The notes under the pieces are model-generated. The model was not told where the DNA came from and ran no database searches. It worked only from the letters and a program-made list of their open reading frames with translations. A DNA stretch of 62,047 nt, counting the filler, from Actinomycetales bacterium (GTDB lineage Bacteria > Actinomycetota > Actinomycetes > Actinomycetales > CAVURS01): the NCBI GenBank assembly GCA_045807245.1. It is 3 parts of 3 records of this genome, joined end to end, with 100 filler letters (N's around TTAATTAATTAA, not from the genome) between each part and the next. Parts side by side here need not be neighbours in the genome. Positions count along the whole stretch, not along the records: positions 37,215 to 62,047 come from JBJMHS010000046.1; 2 more parts are not named here. One strand, given 5' to 3'. The position numbers were made by a program, and so were the translations under genes. Within the stretch, counting starts at the first letter, position 1. Each line of letters starts with the position of its first letter. Shown here one piece after another: positions 52,303-62,047 of the stretch.

Positions 52303-53355
52303 TCACGGCGTACGGCGGCTCGCGTCGCGAACCTCACCGACCAGCTGTTCGAGCATGTCCTCCAGGAACACGACCCCCAGGACCTGACCGGCCCCGTCGA
52401 CGGCCCGGGCCAGGTGCGAGCCCGTGCGCTGCATGACCGCGACCACGTCCTCTGCGTCGTCGGCCGCTCCGACGGTCGCCAGCTCGCGCAGCCGCCGGCG
52501 CGGGATCGGCCGGTCGCGGTCAGCGCCACTCGCGCCCAGCACGTCCTTGAGGTGCAGGTAGCCGACCAGCCCGGAGTCGGCATTCGCGTCCTCCTCGGCG
52601 ACCGGGAACCGGGAGTACCCGGTCTGCGCGACTGCCCGCTCGACGTCGGCCGGGGTCGCCTCCTTGGTGAGGACCACCAGGTCGGACAGCGGTACGGCGA
52701 CCTCGCCGGCGTCGCGGCCGGCGAAGGCGAGGGCGCCGGTGACCAGGCCCTGCTCGTCCTCGATCAGGCCCTTGCGCCGCGACTCGGCCAGGACCGAGGC
52801 CACCTCCTCGGCGGTGAACACCGACGTCACCTCGTCCTTGGGGTCGACACCCAGGAGCCGCACGATGGTGGTGGCGGCCCAGTACAGCGCGGAGGCCAGT
52901 GGCCCGGTCACGCGGGCGAACCACGCCAGCGGAGGTGACAGCACCAGGGCGGCCCGGTCGGGCGCGGCGAGCGCCAGGTTCTTGGGCACGACCTCTCCGA
53001 TGACGACGTGGAAGTACACGACCACGCCGAGCCCGATGGCGAAGGCGACCGGATGGACCAGACCGTCCGGCAGGTCGGCCGCTCCGAACGGGCCGCGCAG
53101 CAGGTCGGCGATCGCCGGCTCGGCGACGGCGCCCAGGCCCAAGGAGCACACGGTGATGCCGAGTTGGGCGGACGCCAGCATGCGCGACACGTTCTCCATC
53201 GCCGCGAGCGTCGTACGGGCTCCACGGGCGCCGGCCTGGGCCAGTGGCTCGATCTGGCTGCGCCGCGCCGTCATCACGGCGAACTCGGCCCCGACGAAGA
53301 AGGCGTTGCCCAGCAGCGCCGCCACCGCGACGAGCAACCCCACCCCGGCGCTCAC
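52303..53355 (-). CDS. CNNM/CorC-type (hemolysin-family) CBS-domain membrane protein
   Basis: NAFFVGAEFA, QLGIT, GEVVPKN, GYSRFPV, LEDMLEQLVGEV. Confidence 0.9.
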   Translation of the reverse strand: MSAGVGLLVAVAALLGNAFFVGAEFAVMTARRSQIEPLAQAGARGARTTLAAMENVSRMLASAQLGITVCSLGLGAVAEPAIADLLRGPFGAADLPDGLVHPVAFAIGLGVVVYFHVVIGEVVPKNLALAAPDRAALVLSPPLAWFARVTGPLASALYWAATTIVRLLGVDPKDEVTSVFTAEEVASVLAESRRKGLIEDEQGLVTGALAFAGRDAGEVAVPLSDLVVLTKEATPADVERAVAQTGYSRFPVAEEDANADSGLVGYLHLKDVLGASGADRDRPIPRRRLRELATVGAADDAEDVVAVMQRTGSHLARAVDGAGQVLGVVFLEDMLEQLVGEVRDASRRTP

Positions 53356-54677
53356 GCCGGCCCCTCCCGCGTCGTCCGGCCGCCCGGGTCCGGTTGGTAG
53401 CGCAACCGGTCGACCCGCCGCCCGTCCATCCGCAGCACGCGCAGGCGTCCGCCCTCGACGGTGACCTCGTCACCGACCGTCGGCACCCGACCGAGCCACG
53501 ACATCACGAAGCCGCCGACCGTCTCGTAGTTCGCGTCGTCCGGCACCTCGATCCCGACCCGTTCGCGCAGCTCGTCCGGCCGCCACAGTCCCGGCACGAC
53601 CCAGCTCCCGTCGCGCAGACGCCGGCCGGCCAGACGGGTGCGGTCGTGCTCGTCGGCCACCTCGCCGACCAGCTCCTCGACGACGTCCTCGAGCGTCACC
53701 ACTCCGGACGTCCCGCCGTACTCGTCGACCACGATGGCGAGCTGGAGGCCTTGCTCGCGCAGCTGCGCCAGCAGCGGGTCGAGCCGGATGCTCTCCGGTA
53801 CGACGAGGGTGTCGACCATGAGGGCGCCCGCCGGGACGTCGGCCCGCCGCTCGTAAGGCACGGCCACGGCCTTCTTGACGTGGACCACACCGAGCACATG
53901 GTCGAGGTCGTCCTCGACGACCGGGAAGCGCGAGTGCCCGGTCTCGCGGCACAGCTCGATGACCCGGGCGGCGCTCTCGTCGCGCTCGACCGGCGTGCAC
54001 CGCACCCGGGGCGTCATCACGTCGGCCGCGGTCCGGTCGGCGAAACCGAGGGAGCGGGTGACCAGCTGGGCCGTTGCCGGGTCGAGCGTCCCGGCCTCGG
54101 CCGAGCGCAGCACCATCGAGGCGAGCTCCTCCGGGGTGCGGGCGCCGGACAGCTCCTCCTGCGGCTCGATGCCGGCGGCGCGCAACAGCCGGTTCGCGCT
54201 GCCGTTGAGCAGCGCCACGAGCGGGTGGGCGACGATCGCGAAGATTCGCATGAACGGCGTGATCACCTTGGCCGTCGCGAGCGGCGCCGACAGCCCGAGG
54301 AACTGGGGCACCAGCTCGCCGACGACCATGGAGAAGGCCGTCGCCAGGACCAGCGCGATGACCACCGCGACGGCGTCGAGCATGCCGTCGCGCAGCCCCA
54401 GACGGCCCAACGGGCCCTCGAGCAGGCTGGCGACGCTCGGCTCGACCAGGAACCCGACGAGCAGGGTGGTCAGCGTGATGCCGACCTGCGAGGCGGACAG
54501 CTGCGTCGAGAGCCGGCGCAGCGCCTCCACCACCGGACGGCTGCGCTGGTCGCCCTCGGCGACGGCCTGCTCGACCGTCGAGCGGTCCAGCGAGATGTAG
54601 GCGAACTCGGCGGAGACGAACAGCGCGGTCCCGAAGGTCAGCAGGACGCCGACGAGAACGAGCAGCCACTCAGTCAT
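53352..54677 (-). CDS. CNNM/CorC-type CBS-domain membrane protein with CorC_HlyC domain
   Basis: FVSAEFA, QVGIT, GELVP, VMTPR, HSRFPV, VDEYGG, LEDVVEELVGEV. Confidence 0.9.
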   Translation of the reverse strand: MTEWLLVLVGVLLTFGTALFVSAEFAYISLDRSTVEQAVAEGDQRSRPVVEALRRLSTQLSASQVGITLTTLLVGFLVEPSVASLLEGPLGRLGLRDGMLDAVAVVIALVLATAFSMVVGELVPQFLGLSAPLATAKVITPFMRIFAIVAHPLVALLNGSANRLLRAAGIEPQEELSGARTPEELASMVLRSAEAGTLDPATAQLVTRSLGFADRTAADVMTPRVRCTPVERDESAARVIELCRETGHSRFPVVEDDLDHVLGVVHVKKAVAVPYERRADVPAGALMVDTLVVPESIRLDPLLAQLREQGLQLAIVVDEYGGTSGVVTLEDVVEELVGEVADEHDRTRLAGRRLRDGSWVVPGLWRPDELRERVGIEVPDDANYETVGGFVMSWLGRVPTVGDEVTVEGGRLRVLRMDGRRVDRLRYQPDPGGRTTREGPA

Positions 54678-54696
54678 GAGGAGAAGTCGGTCCCAC

Positions 54697-57407
<2,711 letters not shown>

Positions 57408-57438
57408 CGACTCCGGCCCCGAGAGCCGCAGCGCGAAG

Positions 57439-58476
57439 ATGCGCGACCTGCGCCCGCTGGACCGGTTCGCCTCGATCAAGATCAAGCTGGGCGTCCTGGT
57501 CGGGTCGGCCTCCAGCATCTGCGCGCTCGCCGTGTGGTGGGGGCTGCACACCGGGCTGGCGACGCGCTACACCCTCCCGCTGTCGGTGCTGCTCGCCCTG
57601 GTGGTCACGTGGGTCCTCGCCCGCGGCATGACGTCGCCGTTGCGCGAGATGACTGCGGCCGCGGTCGCCATGTCGCGCGGTGACTACAGCCGGCGGGTGC
57701 GGGCCACCAGCAACGACGAGGTCGGCGAGCTGGCCGTGGCCTTCAACCGGATGGCGGAGGACCTCGCGTCCGTCGACCGCCAGCGACGCGAGCTCGTCGC
57801 GAACGTGAGCCACGAGCTGCGGACTCCGGTGTCGGCGCTGCGGGCCGTCCTGGAGAACATCGTCGACGGCGTTACGGAGCCCGACCCGGCGACGTTGCGC
57901 ACCGCGTTGCAGCAGACCGAGCGCCTGGCCGGACTGGTCGAACAGCTGCTCGACCTGTCCCGCGTCGAGGGCGGCGCCACCTCGATGCGGCTGGCCCACG
58001 TCAGGCTGCAGGAGTTCCTGACCGTGTGCCGGGACGAGGCCGCCATGGGCGGCCGCCCGGTGCACTTCGACGTGACCGTCGAGCCGCCGGACCTCACCGT
58101 CCTGGCCGACCGCGAGCGCCTGCACCAGGTGCTCGCGAACCTGGTCGACAACGCGACCCAGCACTCACCCGAGGGCGGCACCGTCTCGTTGCAGGCCCGG
58201 GAGGACCTGACCGGCATCGTGCTCGACGTCGTGGACGAGGGTCCAGGGATCGCACCGGAGGACCGGGCCCGAGTGTTCGAGCGGTTCCACCGCGGCGGGC
58301 AGCCGCTGAGCGACGGCGGGACCGGCCTGGGCCTGGCCATCGCCCGCTGGGTCGTCGAGCTGCACGGCGGCACGATCCGGGTCGTGGACACGCAGGTCGG
58401 CTGCCGGATCCGGGTCGTCCTGCCCCGGCCCCCGGCCGCGGAGCCGGCGCTGGTCGGCTCCAGCGGCCGACCGTGA
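57439..58476 (+). CDS. HAMP sensor histidine kinase
   Basis: Two short TMs, HAMP, ANVSHELRTP, NLVDNA, DEGPGI, GGTGLGLAI; start 57388, 57400 or 57439. Confidence 0.93.
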   Translation: MRDLRPLDRFASIKIKLGVLVGSASSICALAVWWGLHTGLATRYTLPLSVLLALVVTWVLARGMTSPLREMTAAAVAMSRGDYSRRVRATSNDEVGELAVAFNRMAEDLASVDRQRRELVANVSHELRTPVSALRAVLENIVDGVTEPDPATLRTALQQTERLAGLVEQLLDLSRVEGGATSMRLAHVRLQEFLTVCRDEAAMGGRPVHFDVTVEPPDLTVLADRERLHQVLANLVDNATQHSPEGGTVSLQAREDLTGIVLDVVDEGPGIAPEDRARVFERFHRGGQPLSDGGTGLGLAIARWVVELHGGTIRVVDTQVGCRIRVVLPRPPAAEPALVGSSGRP

Positions 58477-59420
58477 GCGGCGGCGAGCCGACGACGAGCG
58501 GGGGGCCCGAGGTCGACGTCGAGGTGCGCGGGCTCACCAAGCGGTTCGGCGGCGTGCTGGCCGTGGACCAGCTCACCTTCTCGGTCCCGCCGGGCCGGGT
58601 CACCGGCTTCCTCGGCCCGAACGGCGCCGGCAAGACGACCACGCTGCGCATGGCGCTCGGACTGGTCTCGCCGACGGCGGGCAGCGCGACGATCGGCGGG
58701 CTGCCGTACGCCGACCTGGTCGCACCCCAGCGGATCGTCGGGGCGGCGCTCGAGGCCACCGGCTTCCACCCCGGCCGGACCGGCCGCAACCACCTGCGCA
58801 TCCTCGCCGCCACCGCGGAGGTGCCGGACCGCCGAGTGGACGAGGTCCTGGCGATGGTCGGGCTCACCGACGCGGCCCGGCGCCGTACCGGTGAGTACTC
58901 CCTGGGCATGCGTCAGCGGCTCGGTCTGGCCGGCGCCCTGCTGGCCGACCCGCGGGTGCTCCTCCTCGACGAGCCGGCCAACGGGCTCGACCCCGAGGGC
59001 ATCGCGTGGCTGCGCGGCTTCCTGCGCTACCTCGCGGCGCAGGGCCGGACCGTCCTGGTGTCGAGCCACGTCCTGTCCGAGGTCCAGCAGACCGTGGACG
59101 ACGTCGTGATCGTCTCGCGCGGCCGCTTGGTCCGGGCCAGCACCTTGGCCGAGCTGGAGGGCGCACCGACCGTGCTCGCCCGCTCCCCGCGCGCGGTGGC
59201 TCTCGTCGACGCCCTCAGGTCGGCCGGCCTGGACGCGGCGCTTGACGGCGACGTCGACACCGGCGCCGTACGCGTCACGAACGGCGACCCGGCGGCCGTC
59301 GGGCACGCTGCGTACGGCGCGGGCATCGAGCTGCACGAGCTGCGCGCCGAGGCCAGCGACCTGGAGCGGATCTTCCTGCAGCTGACCGGCGACCCCGCCG
59401 CTCCGGGGGCACCGTCGTGA
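58473..59420 (+). CDS. ABC transporter ATP-binding protein
   Basis: [31 protein letters not shown]. Confidence 0.92.
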   Translation: MSGGEPTTSGGPEVDVEVRGLTKRFGGVLAVDQLTFSVPPGRVTGFLGPNGAGKTTTLRMALGLVSPTAGSATIGGLPYADLVAPQRIVGAALEATGFHPGRTGRNHLRILAATAEVPDRRVDEVLAMVGLTDAARRRTGEYSLGMRQRLGLAGALLADPRVLLLDEPANGLDPEGIAWLRGFLRYLAAQGRTVLVSSHVLSEVQQTVDDVVIVSRGRLVRASTLAELEGAPTVLARSPRAVALVDALRSAGLDAALDGDVDTGAVRVTNGDPAAVGHAAYGAGIELHELRAEASDLERIFLQLTGDPAAPGAPS

Positions 59421-60202
59421 GCCGCCTGGTCCGCGCCGAGGTGCTCAAGCTGTTCACCACCCGGGCCTGGTGGGGGATGCTCATCGGGGTCGTGGCGGTC
59501 TCGCTCGGGTTCGCGCTGCTGATCGGTCTGATCACCGGGGGCGACCAGAGCGGAGGGCTGCCGCCGGTCACCGACCCCGCGGCCGTGCGCTCCATCTACA
59601 CGGCCGGCATCGGCACGACGTACCTGTTCTCCCTGGCCGCGGGGATCCTGGCCATGGCCGGCGAGTGGCGTCACCAGACGATCAGCGCGACCTTCCTGGC
59701 CAGCCCGCACCGGGGACGGGTGGTGCTCGCCAAGATCGGCGGCCTGGTCGTGATCGGCGCGCTGTACGGCGTGGCCAGCGTCGCCGGCGGCATCGCGGCC
59801 GGGGCCCCGGTCATCGCCGCGAGGGGCGGTTCCCTGCGGCTGCTCAGCGACGGCGTACCCCGCTCGCTGGCCCTCGGGATCCTGGCCGTGGCCCTCTGGG
59901 GACTCTTGGGCCTCGGCATCGCGACCCTGATCCGCAACCAGGTGGCTGCGCTGCTGATCGCGGTCGGGGCCGCCTGGATCGTCGAGCCGATCGTCTCGGT
60001 CGTCATCACCCAGGCGCTGCACCGGCCGGGCATCTCCAGGTTCCTGCCGTCATCGGCGACCAGCGCGATGCTCTCTCCCGCCATCGGCGACTCGGGTGCT
60101 CAGCTGCTGCCGTGGTGGGCCGGCGCGCTCGTCATGGCCGCCTACGCCACGGCCTTCGCGGCGGTCGGCGCGGCGTTGACCCTGCGCCGGGACGTCACCT
60201 GA
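59417..60202 (+). CDS. ABC-2 type permease
   Basis: [17 protein letters not shown], six TMs, LRRDVT C-terminus. Confidence 0.88.
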   Translation: MSRLVRAEVLKLFTTRAWWGMLIGVVAVSLGFALLIGLITGGDQSGGLPPVTDPAAVRSIYTAGIGTTYLFSLAAGILAMAGEWRHQTISATFLASPHRGRVVLAKIGGLVVIGALYGVASVAGGIAAGAPVIAARGGSLRLLSDGVPRSLALGILAVALWGLLGLGIATLIRNQVAALLIAVGAAWIVEPIVSVVITQALHRPGISRFLPSSATSAMLSPAIGDSGAQLLPWWAGALVMAAYATAFAAVGAALTLRRDVT

Positions 60203-60270
60203 CCGCGAGGGCTAGCCTGGTCTCTGAGCACAAGCGCGACAACAGGACCACGAAAGAGGCGATTGCGACC

Positions 60271-62047
<1,777 letters not shown>

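Overview
High-GC actinomycete DNA. The gene order resembles Streptomyces/Kineosporiales-type genomes, but the exact taxon cannot be determined. The window holds three separate contigs joined by 100-nt N linkers carrying TTAATTAATTAA (22782-22881, 37115-37214). Contig 1 is the whiD-bldM-ECF sigma-guaB...guaA region, with inserted RecQ/RqlH, a HipBA toxin-antitoxin module with a striking operator array, SSADH, cholesterol oxidase and an ABC exporter pair. Contig 2 carries gabT/gabD, an unannotated micro-peptide locus, a membrane GGDEF-EAL protein, a DUF5317-like gene, dxr-M50 protease-ispG, a GNAT and the start of a Tad/Flp pilus cluster. Contig 3 carries rpmE-rho-thrB-thrC-hom-lysA-argS, tRNA-Arg(CCG), an SOS-box-preceded DUF222/HNH gene, small accessory genes, a CBS-domain pair, guaB1, a two-component system, an ABC transporter and kgd. 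The most interesting signal is at 26029-29383. A duplicated two-peptide cassette (34-aa signal-peptide-like precursors ending LGAGSKWW, each followed by a 16/23-aa peptide ending TPGYKWV) lies directly upstream of a multi-TM diguanylate cyclase/phosphodiesterase and a DUF5317-like membrane protein with a signal-peptidase-II-like Asp pair. This is a candidate peptide-pheromone/c-di-GMP signalling system; the function is inferred and untested.
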